NCBI GenBank assembly: GCA_023380755.1
Contig: JAMCSD010000006.1
Location: 316,735-380,734, forward strand
Length of the DNA stretch: 64,000 nucleotides
Origin: Patescibacteria group bacterium
GTDB taxonomy: Bacteria; Patescibacteriota; Microgenomatia; UBA12405
Direction of reading: 5' to 3'
The notes under the pieces were generated by a model. It did not search any database. It saw only the letters and a list, made by a program, of their open reading frames with translations, and was not told the origin of the DNA. Positions 38,426-48,647 of the stretch are shown one piece after another (position 1 is the first letter of the stretch; each line of letters starts with the position of its first letter). The position numbers and the translations under genes were made by a program.

Positions 38426-39856
38426 ATGGTTGTCCGCACTCGAATGGCCCCCTCGCCGACAGGGGAGTATCACATTGGCCATCTCCGTACTCTCCTTTAT
38501 AACTTTGCTCTGGCGCGCCAAAATAGCGGTCAGTTTATTATTCGTATCGAAGATACCGACCAAAAACGTTTCGTTCCGGGCGCTACCGAAAAAATTTTAC
38601 AGGTCATCAAAGATTACGGTCTCTCCTGGGACGAAGGTCCCGATATTGGCGGTCCCTATGCCCCCTATATCCAGACCCAACGTCTCCCTCTTTACCAAAA
38701 ATATATTCAGGAACTACTTGACCGTAGTCACGCCTACTACTGCTTTTGCTCCGAAGAGCGTCTGACCAAAATGCGGGCTACCCAAACTGCACTCCACCAG
38801 ATTCCCAAATACGACCGTCTTTGTTTGAAATTAACACCACAAGAAGTCAAAGAAAAATTAGCTGCCGGTACTCCTCATGTCGTCCGTCTTCGCGTTCCCG
38901 ACAACGAAGTCATTACCTTCACCGATGCTGTCCGTGGCGAAATCAAAATTAACACCAACGAAATTGATGATCAGGTTTTGATTAAATCCGACGGCATCCC
39001 CACCTATCACTTTGCTGCGGCGGTCGATGACCATTTAATGAATATTACCCATGTCCTTCGGGGTGACGAATGGATTACCTCGACTCCCAAAGCTATTTTA
39101 ATTTACCGTTATCTTGGCTGGGAAGTGCCAACCTATGCTCATCTTACCATCTTTTTGGACCCTAGTGGCCAGGGGAAGATGAGCAAACGCCGTGGTTCTG
39201 TTTCCGCCCGCAGTTTTCTTGAAGCCGGGTATTTACCCGAAGCCATGCTTAATTTCCTCATGCTATTGGGCTGGAACCCGGGTACCGAACAGGAAATTTT
39301 CAGCCTTGATGATTTTATCAAGCAGTTTTCCTTAACCCATCTTCACAAAAAACAACCAGTCTTCGATGTCACCAAGCTCGATTATCTTAACGGGGTCTAC
39401 ATCCGTCGTAAAACCGATGAAGAGCTTGCCAAACTCTTGGCTCCTTTTGTCCCCAAAATCTCTCTTGATAAACTAATAAAAATTGTCCCGCTAATTAAAG
39501 AACGCTTGACCAAGCTTTCGGAGGCCACCGCCCTACTCACTTTTGTTACCGAGGAAGTCCGCCCTTCAGTCGAAGATCTAACCAACAACGGTAAAATCGA
39601 CAAATCGATAGCCATCAATATGTTGTCTCAATCCACCAAAGTCGTTAACGAAACCGACGTAACCAAAACGGATGAACTTAAAAATAAACTAATGGAACTA
39701 ATTAAATCCCAGGAGTGGAAAACCGGTGATTTCTTTATGGTTTTCCGGGTGGCTGTCACCGGCTCCCGTATTACGCCCCCGATTGTCGAGTCTTTGGCCT
39801 TCTTAGAGCCAGCAACGATAATCGACCGCTTACAAAAAGCCCAAGATTTATTGTAA
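38426..39856 (+). CDS. gltX: glutamate--tRNA ligase
   Basis: R.APSPTG..HIGH, RIEDTD, THVLRG.EW, KMSKR. Confidence 0.98.
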   Translation: MVVRTRMAPSPTGEYHIGHLRTLLYNFALARQNSGQFIIRIEDTDQKRFVPGATEKILQVIKDYGLSWDEGPDIGGPYAPYIQTQRLPLYQKYIQELLDRSHAYYCFCSEERLTKMRATQTALHQIPKYDRLCLKLTPQEVKEKLAAGTPHVVRLRVPDNEVITFTDAVRGEIKINTNEIDDQVLIKSDGIPTYHFAAAVDDHLMNITHVLRGDEWITSTPKAILIYRYLGWEVPTYAHLTIFLDPSGQGKMSKRRGSVSARSFLEAGYLPEAMLNFLMLLGWNPGTEQEIFSLDDFIKQFSLTHLHKKQPVFDVTKLDYLNGVYIRRKTDEELAKLLAPFVPKISLDKLIKIVPLIKERLTKLSEATALLTFVTEEVRPSVEDLTNNGKIDKSIAINMLSQSTKVVNETDVTKTDELKNKLMELIKSQEWKTGDFFMVFRVAVTGSRITPPIVESLAFLEPATIIDRLQKAQDLL

Positions 39857-41004
39857 TGTTTTTTTTAATTTTCTTAGTATTATCACTCTTATGTAAGCCG
39901 GCTCTGGCTCAGGCTAACGATATTCATATTAATCGTTATTGGCCGAATTATCCCGGTGGCGATGCTTTAATTAATATACCTGATAATCAAAGTTACGTCG
40001 AAGTAATTAATAGCGGGTCCGACAATATTGATCTTTCATCTTATTATCTTACTGATAGCACCTCTAATAATTCCATGCACTTATACGGCTCTCTTGCTGG
40101 GGGAAATAAAGCGATATTTCATTTCCAAAATTATCTCAACCATTCTGGCGACACGGTTAATCTGAAAAACGATACTATAAGTATTAACCCTCCAGAAAGC
40201 TTGAGCTACTGTACTGGGTCTTGTTCGGGAACTGATACTACTAACATGCTTTGTGTTTATTTACCTCCTGGTAGTAGTTCTTGGCAAGGAAGCGCAAATG
40301 TTGATATTTGCTACATCGCTTCTATTTTTCCCACTCCAACTATTACTTCCTTACCAACTGCTACGCCTACCGTTGCCCCATCCGTCACTCCTCAACTAAC
40401 TACTATCCCCACCTCAGCAGCCAACAATACCCCCACCCCAACAATTCCTCTTCCTAGTAATACCCCGTTTCCGGATCCTAGCCTAACCGTCGATCCACTA
40501 CCCTTAACCCTTAAAATAGGTCAGAACTATACCGTAAATTTCCATTTAAATAATGCTATAGTTGGTCGCAATTATGTCATTAAGGGTTTTGGGGGTACCA
40601 ATAATAACGGAATTGAAAATCAAAATGGTACTACTTGGTTGTATAGCAATACCGACCTAGATTCTTACAAACAATTTAATGCAGCATCTTCATCGTTTAG
40701 TTCGTCAATAACTATAACTGTCAACCCTAGTCAGATACCTCAATCAATAAACATTGCTTTTAAACCCATTGATATGAGTGATGGTCAAAAATCTTACGCA
40801 CAAACCTCTATGCAAACGGTGACCGTCATTGCCGCCGACCCCACCGCTGCCCCCACTTCGGCAGCCACAGCTATTCCCACCCCCACTGCCGCACCCAGGC
40901 TGGTAAAGCGAACCTCGGCTGTCAGTATTTTGCCCTTTATTTTTATTTTTGTCGGCGGCATTCTCCTGTGTGTCCCCTTTGTTATTGCTAAAATAAAAAA
41001 ATGA
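39856..41004 (+). CDS. surface protein: lamin-tail-like domain, PT linkers, C-terminal TM
   Basis: Signal peptide, YVEVIN.....IDLS.YYLTD, LNHSGDTV.L, PTPT tracts, C-terminal anchor. Confidence 0.75.
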   Translation: MFFLIFLVLSLLCKPALAQANDIHINRYWPNYPGGDALINIPDNQSYVEVINSGSDNIDLSSYYLTDSTSNNSMHLYGSLAGGNKAIFHFQNYLNHSGDTVNLKNDTISINPPESLSYCTGSCSGTDTTNMLCVYLPPGSSSWQGSANVDICYIASIFPTPTITSLPTATPTVAPSVTPQLTTIPTSAANNTPTPTIPLPSNTPFPDPSLTVDPLPLTLKIGQNYTVNFHLNNAIVGRNYVIKGFGGTNNNGIENQNGTTWLYSNTDLDSYKQFNAASSSFSSSITITVNPSQIPQSINIAFKPIDMSDGQKSYAQTSMQTVTVIAADPTAAPTSAATAIPTPTAAPRLVKRTSAVSILPFIFIFVGGILLCVPFVIAKIKK

Positions 41005-41408
41005 AGTTCCTCCGTTGGCTCCCGGCTCTCATCTGGATGGCGGTCATTTTTCACTTTTCCAGTGTCCAAACCACCGGTGTCACCGGCACCCATGCCATCC
41101 GTTTCCTTTCCATCTATTGGCAGCGGTTCATCATCCTTAAGTTCTTTCATTTAGCTGAATATGGAATACTGTTTACGTTATTATTTATAGCTACCAACAG
41201 TTCCAAAAAATCATTCCTTTTCGGTTACCTTTACGCCCTGTCCGACGAATTTCACCAACGTTTTACGCCCGGTCGTACTAGCAAATTCTCCGATACCTTA
41301 ATCGATTTACTTGGCCTTACTTTAGGCTGTTTATTTTATCTTCGCTTTTTAAAACCACACATTCTTATTTACTACCGCTCCATTTTGACAAGCAGACAAA
41401 AGAATTGA
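41001..41408 (+). CDS. VanZ family membrane protein
   Basis: WM.VIF.FSS, H..EYGIL, YA.SDEFHQ.F.PGR...D..ID. Confidence 0.92.
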   Translation: MKFLRWLPALIWMAVIFHFSSVQTTGVTGTHAIRFLSIYWQRFIILKFFHLAEYGILFTLLFIATNSSKKSFLFGYLYALSDEFHQRFTPGRTSKFSDTLIDLLGLTLGCLFYLRFLKPHILIYYRSILTSRQKN

Positions 41409-41956
41409 TCACCCTTTTTTCCGGTGACAGTCAGCAACCCCTCTTCCAAGGTCACGTTCCCTTGACCAACTATCCGCAGGCCCCGTTTGCCAAAATTAAC
41501 TTCCGCTTCCATCCCTTCGGTCAGTCCGATCGATAATCCCGAATGGATTGCCAGTGTTCCTTGCTCGGCTCGGCCTTCTATTATCCCCAGGGCCTTAATC
41601 GCTTTGTCACCCAGCTCCACATCTTCCAAACGTCCGTCGTCTCCCAGCTGCAATTTATGCCAGCTGATTTCCCCTGTTTCCGGGTTAGCCAGGCTCACCG
41701 GCATCTCGCTTTTGGCCCCTTGGCTCACTGCCAGCAGCAATTCGTTGTCGGCGTTTTGAACATTGGCGTCTCCTGAAATGGTGATATTCTTCCCTAATAT
41801 CCGGCAGGCTAGCAAGCCGTTAACTCCGAAGAAAACCTTAAAAGGGTTGGCTGCCTCCACTTGGACTGCCGGCTTATGGTTCAATTCTGTTGCTGCCGTT
41901 TTTAAAGAATTTCCTGTTTCCTTAAAATTGAGTTTTTCGCTCAGTCGATCATTCAT
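41372..41956 (-). CDS. hypothetical protein
   Basis: 194-aa ORF, TATAAT 6 nt before ATG. Confidence 0.65.
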   Translation of the reverse strand: MNDRLSEKLNFKETGNSLKTAATELNHKPAVQVEAANPFKVFFGVNGLLACRILGKNITISGDANVQNADNELLLAVSQGAKSEMPVSLANPETGEISWHKLQLGDDGRLEDVELGDKAIKALGIIEGRAEQGTLAIHSGLSIGLTEGMEAEVNFGKRGLRIVGQGNVTLEEGLLTVTGKKGDQFFCLLVKMER

Positions 41957-42030
41957 ATACTAATTATAAGGGATCCGGTAAATAGGTTTTTCTCCGTTTA
42001 AGCTTTTGCAAAATACGCTATACTGGTTTT

Positions 42031-42894
42031 GTGAGTCTCAAGCACCGTTTACATCTTCTTTTTCTGCCACACGAGAAAAATAATCACCGCGCCTTTTTAT
42101 TGCAGCCCTCATTTTTGGCAATTTTAATTGCTTTCTATCTTCTCAACCAATCGATTCTGCGTTCACTGGCAACCATCAAGCCTGGAGTCTTGGGCTATTC
42201 TTCCGAAATTACCATCGCTAAGGTTTATCAGGCCACAAATGCCGAACGCCGGGCTGCCGGTCTGCCCGCTTTAAAATATAGCTCCACTTTAACCCAATCG
42301 GCAACCGCCAAAGCTGACGATATGTTTGCTCATAATTACTGGGCCCACAATTCTCCCCAAGGCAAAACCCCCTGGGATTTCTTTCGGTCAGTCGGCTACC
42401 AGTATTCCATCGCCGGGGAAAATTTGGCCAAAGACTTTTATGACACCGACTCTATGATGAAAGCCTGGATGAATTCTCCCACCCACAAGGCCAATATTTT
42501 AAACGCCAAATACCAGGAAATTGGGATCGGCGTCGTTAACGGGACTCTTAATGGTATAGAGACCACCCTTGTCGTTCAACATTTTGGCACTCCCTTAGTT
42601 GCCCCTGTGGCGACTAAAGACAATTCTTCCAAAGTCGAAATCCCCGATATTGCCGCCCCAATTCCCGAGCCAGAAGTGCTCGCCAGTGCCGCTCCGGTCA
42701 TCAACCCCACCAGCGTCTCCAAAGTCTTGGGAGCTATCATGTTTAGTATCATTTTGCTCCTGCTGATTATCGATGCCGTGGTTACTCTCAAAAATAAAAC
42801 CCACCGGGTAGCCGGTTCCAATGCTGGGCATATCTCATTTTTAATTATTATCTTTATCTTGCTACTTTTTTCTCAACAGGGGAGGATCTTCTAA
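42031..42894 (+). CDS. CAP/SCP domain membrane protein
   Basis: N.ER...GL..L, A..KA.DM...YWAH, AGENLA, WMNSPTH.ANIL, VVQHFG. Confidence 0.93.
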   Translation: MSLKHRLHLLFLPHEKNNHRAFLLQPSFLAILIAFYLLNQSILRSLATIKPGVLGYSSEITIAKVYQATNAERRAAGLPALKYSSTLTQSATAKADDMFAHNYWAHNSPQGKTPWDFFRSVGYQYSIAGENLAKDFYDTDSMMKAWMNSPTHKANILNAKYQEIGIGVVNGTLNGIETTLVVQHFGTPLVAPVATKDNSSKVEIPDIAAPIPEPEVLASAAPVINPTSVSKVLGAIMFSIILLLLIIDAVVTLKNKTHRVAGSNAGHISFLIIIFILLLFSQQGRIF

Positions 42895-42897
42895 CTT

Positions 42898-43158
42898 ATG
42901 GTTTGGCATGAAATTAAACACCATCCTTTCAGTTTTACCCTCCTTTTTATCGGCTTAATTCTCTTTTTATTGCTGTTCTTTTATTTTTATTTTGACCCCC
43001 ATTTACAGCGCCGCGTCATTTATGGCGCCGGCGTCTTTTATTTTTTGTGGAGTTTGTTGCACCATTACCAAAAAGGCGATTTGCAATTTTCCCTCGTGAT
43101 TGAATATTTAGTTGTCGCCCTCTTTGGCGCTTTGCTTCTGACCGGCACCTTATTCTAA
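42898..43158 (+). CDS. small 3-TM membrane protein
   Basis: YF.W..LHHY..GDL...VIEY. Confidence 0.75.
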   Translation: MVWHEIKHHPFSFTLLFIGLILFLLLFFYFYFDPHLQRRVIYGAGVFYFLWSLLHHYQKGDLQFSLVIEYLVVALFGALLLTGTLF

Positions 43159-43865
43159 ATCCCGCTACTCCTTTTCATCTGTTCTTTTTGCCACGCTTTA
43201 ATCTTTTGAGGATCTCCGCCCACGAGTATCTCGGGAACCTTAAGTCCCAAAAAGTCACGGGGGCGCGTGTACTGTGGATATTCAGGCACTCGCCTGATTT
43301 TGCCCTCGATCTCAACTGCGCTATAACTTTCAGACTTGTTTGACTCATCTTTGCCTAAAACTCCCGGCAGTAATCGGGTCACGCTGTCCATGACCACCAT
43401 CGCCGGCAGCTCGCCTCCGGTTAATATATAACGGCCGATGGAGATTTCTTCGTCGACCATGTAATCATGTATTCTTTGATCAAAACCTTCATAATGTCCG
43501 CAGATTAAAGTGATTTCTTCCAGCCTACTTAATTCTTCCGCTTTCTTTTGGGTAAAAACTTTTCCCCCCGCCGTTATTAAAATAATTCTTTTATTCTTCC
43601 CGGCCTTTCTTTTTTTGGGATTAGTTATTTGAAACGGGACAATAATTTCCTTTAAAGCGTTATAGACCGGTTCCGGCCGGATAAGCATTCCCACATCACC
43701 GCCAAATGGCCGGTCGTCAACCATGCCGTAACTATCTAGTGCCCAGTCGCGAAGGTTATAAAGCTGAAGGTCAATAATCTTATTTTCTCTGGCCCGTTTC
43801 ATCATACTTTCCGCAAAAGGGGAGTCAAACATCTGTGGGAAAAGAGTAATCACGTTAAACTGCAT
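43155..43865 (-). CDS. trmD: tRNA (guanine37-N1)-methyltransferase
   Basis: ITLFP.MF, VDDRPFGG..GM, CGHYEG.DQR, SIG.YILTGGE, EYPQYTRP. Confidence 0.98.
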   Translation of the reverse strand: MQFNVITLFPQMFDSPFAESMMKRARENKIIDLQLYNLRDWALDSYGMVDDRPFGGDVGMLIRPEPVYNALKEIIVPFQITNPKKRKAGKNKRIILITAGGKVFTQKKAEELSRLEEITLICGHYEGFDQRIHDYMVDEEISIGRYILTGGELPAMVVMDSVTRLLPGVLGKDESNKSESYSAVEIEGKIRRVPEYPQYTRPRDFLGLKVPEILVGGDPQKIKAWQKEQMKRSSGI

Positions 43866-43874
43866 ATCCGTATT

Positions 43875-45647
43875 TTACCCTTTGTTCTCTATTTTTCCCA
43901 ATTTCCGGGCCAGGGTCACAGCCTCACTTAGCTCCCGCTTTACCTCCTCCACGCCCTTTTCCCAAAAAGCACTGGCCTCAATATCAATTCCGGTTTTAGC
44001 AAAAATATTCTTCGGCGACTCTGACGTTCCCGCAGCTAAAAAGGCCTTCACCTTTTTAACAAAGGCTTTATCTTGCCGTACCGAATTTTGCAGCGATTTG
44101 GAAATTAACTGGCCGCTGGCATAAGAGTAAACATAAAAGTAGCGGCGAATGTGTCCCCAATAGATCCACCAATTTTGGCTCCCCGGCGACTGTTCCACTG
44201 CCGGTCCCATGTACGCCGCCATCCGTTTTTGGAACCATTCTCCAATCTCTTTTTTTGATAAATATCCTTTTTGCCGGTAGTTTTTGTGCAGGTCTTGTTC
44301 AAATTGAAAACAGGCTACCTGACGCCAAATCGATTGAATGTCATTGTCGATTTTATTCATTAACATGGTGAGTTTAGTTTCCTCGTCTGCCCCCTGCGCG
44401 AGCCTCTGGTTAACAAAATCCTCGAAAAAAGTACTGGCCACTTCGGCCGTTGAAGTCGGTGTTCCCCAGGTTAACCCATTTTGTTCCCTTTTCATCAACT
44501 CATTATTAATTCCGTGTCCGGCCTCGTGGGCCAGCGTCGTCACATCCCGGGAGCTGTCAGTCCAATTTAGGAGAATGTATGTCGGGTACAATCTGGTAAA
44601 ACCGGCGCAAAATGCCCCATTCGCCTTACCGGGTTTGGGGTAAACGTCAACTAATCCCTGGCTAATAAAACCGTCGAATATTTGACTGAATTCCGGATCT
44701 AATCCTTGAAATGTTTGGGTTACCAACTCCACTCCTTTTTCGAAAGAATATCGTTGCTGGTTATCGCCGTAACTCAGGTTTCGCTCATGATACTGTAATT
44801 TTGGCAACTTAAATAGTTGTGCCTTTAGTTGGTAAAACTGTTGTGGAATCTCATTGTGACGGCTGACCACTGCCGTCAAACTGTCCACCACTCCCGGTTC
44901 AATATCATCCGCCAACAGTCTCATTGTTTCCGGCCGTGGCGCTTTCCGCAAATTGTCGTTGACTTTCTTATCTTCGAGAACCGAATTTAACTCAATTTCC
45001 GCTACCTCTTCGTATTTTGCCAATATTTCATTAAATAATTCTGCCGCCCGGTCGCGCTCCGGCTTCTTGTGGCTGCGCATGTCGCTTAAAAGCACCTCTA
45101 TGGTTTTGCCTTCCCGAGTTTCTTTTGACAAAAGTTCGTTGGTCATCGATACCCAGTTTTCCCTGGCCGGTTTATCTTTTAGCGTTAAAATATTTTCCTC
45201 AGCCTCACTCAAAAGATACTTACTTTCGGCAAAAAGCTGCTCTAAATAATGATGATATTTTGCCAATGGAGCCGCTGCCAAAAATATTTTCTGTTGTGCT
45301 CCCGGGATTTTGGCTAGGTTGTGGTTAAAAAATCGGAGCTTATTTAGCATTTGTTTGACCACATCATCAATCTTGGTATTCATCGCCTTGATGGCCGGAT
45401 TAGATTGATCCAGTTCCTGCTGCAACCAATAGCTGTAGCCGGTTTTGCCCCCACCCGCCCACCGGCTGGCAAAAGCTTCCCACTCATCCAGCGCCTCTCG
45501 AAGTTTGCGGGAATCTTTTAAATAACTTTTATCTTTTTTCCATTTGCTGAAAAATGCCTCACCAGCCTGCCGGTAACTAGCCAACTCTTCTTCCACCGCT
45601 ATCTTGCCTAACTGTCCCAGGTTCCATTTGGTGATTAGTTCATTCAT
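43875..45647 (-). CDS. pepF: oligoendopeptidase F (M3B)
   Basis: GK..GAFC, TLAHEAGH (HExxH), AEVAS.F.E, FYVYSYA.G. Confidence 0.92.
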   Translation of the reverse strand: MNELITKWNLGQLGKIAVEEELASYRQAGEAFFSKWKKDKSYLKDSRKLREALDEWEAFASRWAGGGKTGYSYWLQQELDQSNPAIKAMNTKIDDVVKQMLNKLRFFNHNLAKIPGAQQKIFLAAAPLAKYHHYLEQLFAESKYLLSEAEENILTLKDKPARENWVSMTNELLSKETREGKTIEVLLSDMRSHKKPERDRAAELFNEILAKYEEVAEIELNSVLEDKKVNDNLRKAPRPETMRLLADDIEPGVVDSLTAVVSRHNEIPQQFYQLKAQLFKLPKLQYHERNLSYGDNQQRYSFEKGVELVTQTFQGLDPEFSQIFDGFISQGLVDVYPKPGKANGAFCAGFTRLYPTYILLNWTDSSRDVTTLAHEAGHGINNELMKREQNGLTWGTPTSTAEVASTFFEDFVNQRLAQGADEETKLTMLMNKIDNDIQSIWRQVACFQFEQDLHKNYRQKGYLSKKEIGEWFQKRMAAYMGPAVEQSPGSQNWWIYWGHIRRYFYVYSYASGQLISKSLQNSVRQDKAFVKKVKAFLAAGTSESPKNIFAKTGIDIEASAFWEKGVEEVKRELSEAVTLARKLGKIENKG

Positions 45648-45691
45648 AGTTAATTATAGCCGAACACTAGATTAATCCTTATAATAAGCTA

Positions 45692-46882
45692 ATGAAAAAC
45701 CAACCCCCGATCGCTGTTGTCGTAATTCCTACTTATAATGAAGCCGGAAGCATCGGCAAAATGATTGATTATCTGGAAACTAAAACATTTCCGACTATCA
45801 AAAATTGGCAACTTAAAGTCCTAGTCGTTGATGGCCACTCACCCGATGGCACTGGCAAAATTGTCAGCGAAAAAGCAAAAAAATATACTGGGGTTCACCT
45901 CTTTGAAGAAACTAGTAAGGATGGTATCGGGGCTGCCTACCTAAAAGGTTTTAAATATGCCATGCAGGAATTGAAAGCTGATGCGGTTTTTGAATTTGAT
46001 GCCGATTTTCAGCATCCTCCGGAGATGATTGTGGCAATGCTAAAAGAAATTGATAATGGTTATGATTATGTCATTGGTTCCAGAAAAATAGCTGGTGGTT
46101 CAAACCCCAAAGGTTGGGGTTTCAAGCGTGTTTTCTTTAGTGAAGCCGGTGGATTGACGGCTCGTTTCCTTTTATTCTTTCCTTTCAAAAAATTTTTTAC
46201 GGTCACTGATCCTACTACCGGCTTAAAAGTCACCCGGGTTAAAGGTTTTTTGGACCACCTCAATTTAGACTTCAAGCATCTGTATACCCGCAGTTTTGCC
46301 TATAAAATGCAGCTTCTTTTTGAAACACTCAAACTGGGAGCCAAATATAAAGAGGTGCCGCTTGAATTTCAGGTTCGGACAACTGACCAATCAAAAATCG
46401 AGCAAAATGCGATTATTGACGGTATCCGTGTCTGTGCCCTAACTCGCTGGCATGATACCACCACCCAAAAATTCATAAAGTTTGGCGTCGTCGGATTCAT
46501 CGGCTTAATCATCAATATTGTATTTGGGCATACCTTTAAATTAGCCTTAGCCTCCACTACTTTGGCTGTCAGCGTCGTTAACGGAGTGGCCAATGGTTTA
46601 GCGGCTGAACTATCAATTATTTCCAATTTTATTTGGAATAACCTGTGGACCTTTTCCCAAGAGAAAATTACCACAGCCTCTTCTCTGGTCTCCAAGTTTG
46701 TTACCTTCAATATCTCTTCGGTGATCACCGGTATTCTCATTCCTTCGACGGTTATTGCTTTGTTAACCGCTCTTTTTGGCGACCATTTCTTAATTTACCA
46801 ATTAATTGCCATCTTTTTTCTCACCATTCCGCTTAACTGGCTGGTTTATAACAAGATTATCTGGAACAAAAAAACTAAATGA
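45692..46882 (+). CDS. GT2 polyprenol-phosphate glycosyltransferase fused to GtrA domain
   Basis: VIPTYNE, VVDG.SPDGT, DADFQHPP, D.TTG; C-terminal KFGVVG...SNF.WN..WTF. Confidence 0.92.
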   Translation: MKNQPPIAVVVIPTYNEAGSIGKMIDYLETKTFPTIKNWQLKVLVVDGHSPDGTGKIVSEKAKKYTGVHLFEETSKDGIGAAYLKGFKYAMQELKADAVFEFDADFQHPPEMIVAMLKEIDNGYDYVIGSRKIAGGSNPKGWGFKRVFFSEAGGLTARFLLFFPFKKFFTVTDPTTGLKVTRVKGFLDHLNLDFKHLYTRSFAYKMQLLFETLKLGAKYKEVPLEFQVRTTDQSKIEQNAIIDGIRVCALTRWHDTTTQKFIKFGVVGFIGLIINIVFGHTFKLALASTTLAVSVVNGVANGLAAELSIISNFIWNNLWTFSQEKITTASSLVSKFVTFNISSVITGILIPSTVIALLTALFGDHFLIYQLIAIFFLTIPLNWLVYNKIIWNKKTK

Positions 46883-47469
46883 TTGCCTCAATTCTTTACC
46901 TGCTCGGCCTGGGATTTATCGTCTTTGTCCTCAATTTGTTCCCCGCTTTTATGCCGCCCACCTGGATGGTCCTGGCCTTTTTTTATGTCCGTGACGATTT
47001 GACGCTCGTGCCCACCGTTCTGGTTGGGGCGGGTTGTGCTGCCCTTGGCCGCTTCACCCTGGCATGGGCCACCAACCGTTATTTTAAGCCCCTCCTGTCT
47101 CCCCAAAAACAGAAATCACTTTATCAGGTTGGTAAGCTAATTAATCAAAAACGTTCCATTACTTTACCGCTTCTGATGTTGTTTTATGCCTTTTCGCCGA
47201 TCCCTTCAAACCAGTTTTTTATTGCCGCCGGTTTAGTCGGAGCCGATTTACCTTTTATTGCCTTTTCCTTCTTTTTGGGGCGCCTTTTAAGTTATAGCTT
47301 TTGGGTGACCGTTGCCGACCACGCCGTCAGCAATCTTGATGATATCTTTATCCGCCACCTACGCAACCCCGAGACTTATTTCATGGAAATCATCAGCTTC
47401 ATCGTGCTCTATATCGTCATCCACTTCCTTATCAACCGGGCCCTTAACACCCAATCCAAAAAGGCTTAA
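46879..47469 (+). CDS. integral membrane protein (DedA/VTT-like)
   Basis: N..PAF.PPTW, SP.PS...FIAAG, F.GR. Confidence 0.7.
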   Translation: MIASILYLLGLGFIVFVLNLFPAFMPPTWMVLAFFYVRDDLTLVPTVLVGAGCAALGRFTLAWATNRYFKPLLSPQKQKSLYQVGKLINQKRSITLPLLMLFYAFSPIPSNQFFIAAGLVGADLPFIAFSFFLGRLLSYSFWVTVADHAVSNLDDIFIRHLRNPETYFMEIISFIVLYIVIHFLINRALNTQSKKA

Positions 47470-47495
47470 GTAAACACCCGAGGTATAATCAACAG

Positions 47496-48647
47496 ATGCC
47501 TTCCATCCGTTACCTCCTGGTTATTGGGCTTGCTTTAATCGGCGTCTCTCTGGCGTCGCTTGCCTATTTCAGCCTCCGCGCCTGGCAGACCATTAGTGTC
47601 ACCCCCCGCCGTTCGCCTGTGCCCCAGCCAACCTCTGTTTTACCCACCCCCACTCCCGATCCTAACCGTCCCTTTTCTATCCTTCTTTTGGGTTACGGCG
47701 GCGGTGTCCACGAAGGCGGAAAGTTAACTGACTCCATCATGTTGGTCAGGGTCGACCCGCACGCCCAAAAAACCACTCTCATTTCCATTCCCCGTGATTT
47801 ATGGGTTCCCTTACCCCTGGAAACGGGCACTACCACCTGGACCAAAATAAACGCTGCTTATCCTTATGGTTTGGATGACCGTCAGTTCCCCCGCAAACCG
47901 GTGGAATTTACCGGTCCGGCCGGCGGCGGTATGTTGGCTAAATACATTATGACCCAGGTTACCGGTATCCCCGTTGATTATTTTGTGGCCGTGGATTTTG
48001 CCGGCTTCCAAAAAGTAATCGATAATTTAGGCGGGATTACGGTCAATGTGGACAAAACCTTTGATGATCCTTTCTATCCGCTCGATACCGGCACCACCGA
48101 CTCTTGCGGCAAAACCCCCGAGGAAATCGCCGCTCTCACCGCCACCATGTCCGGACAAAAACTCGAAGAGCAATTCCCCTGCCGTTATGAAGTTCTCCAT
48201 TTTGTCAAAGGCCTTCAAACCATGGACGGGGCGACCGCTCTTAAATTTGCCCGCTCCCGTCACTCTCCGACTGATGGTGGCGATTTTAACCGGGCCCGCC
48301 GCCAACGCCTGGTTTTGGAAGCCGTCAAAGACAAGGTGGTGAATATTAACTTCATTTCCCAAATTATTCCCACCATTCAAACCTTGTCTTATCACATTCA
48401 AACTGACCTGGATTTAGCTTCTCTGGAAAAACTCCTCAGCCGCTTTTCCGAATTTAGCCAATACCAGGTTACCCAAATTGCCCTGACGGATCAAAACATT
48501 TTAGTTGATGCCAAAACTCCCGAAGGTCAATTCATCCTTGATCCTCGGGCCGGCCGGGGAGAGTGGCAGGAAATCAAAGAAGCCATCACTAATCCGGCAC
48601 TCCTAACTCCTACCCCTACGGCGACGCCATCTGCTAGAATGAAGTAA
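47496..48647 (+). CDS. LytR-CpsA-Psr (LCP) family protein
   Basis: ILLLG, TDSIM, SIPRD, KINAAY, F.RSRH, DF.R..RQ. Confidence 0.95.
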   Translation: MPSIRYLLVIGLALIGVSLASLAYFSLRAWQTISVTPRRSPVPQPTSVLPTPTPDPNRPFSILLLGYGGGVHEGGKLTDSIMLVRVDPHAQKTTLISIPRDLWVPLPLETGTTTWTKINAAYPYGLDDRQFPRKPVEFTGPAGGGMLAKYIMTQVTGIPVDYFVAVDFAGFQKVIDNLGGITVNVDKTFDDPFYPLDTGTTDSCGKTPEEIAALTATMSGQKLEEQFPCRYEVLHFVKGLQTMDGATALKFARSRHSPTDGGDFNRARRQRLVLEAVKDKVVNINFISQIIPTIQTLSYHIQTDLDLASLEKLLSRFSEFSQYQVTQIALTDQNILVDAKTPEGQFILDPRAGRGEWQEIKEAITNPALLTPTPTATPSARMK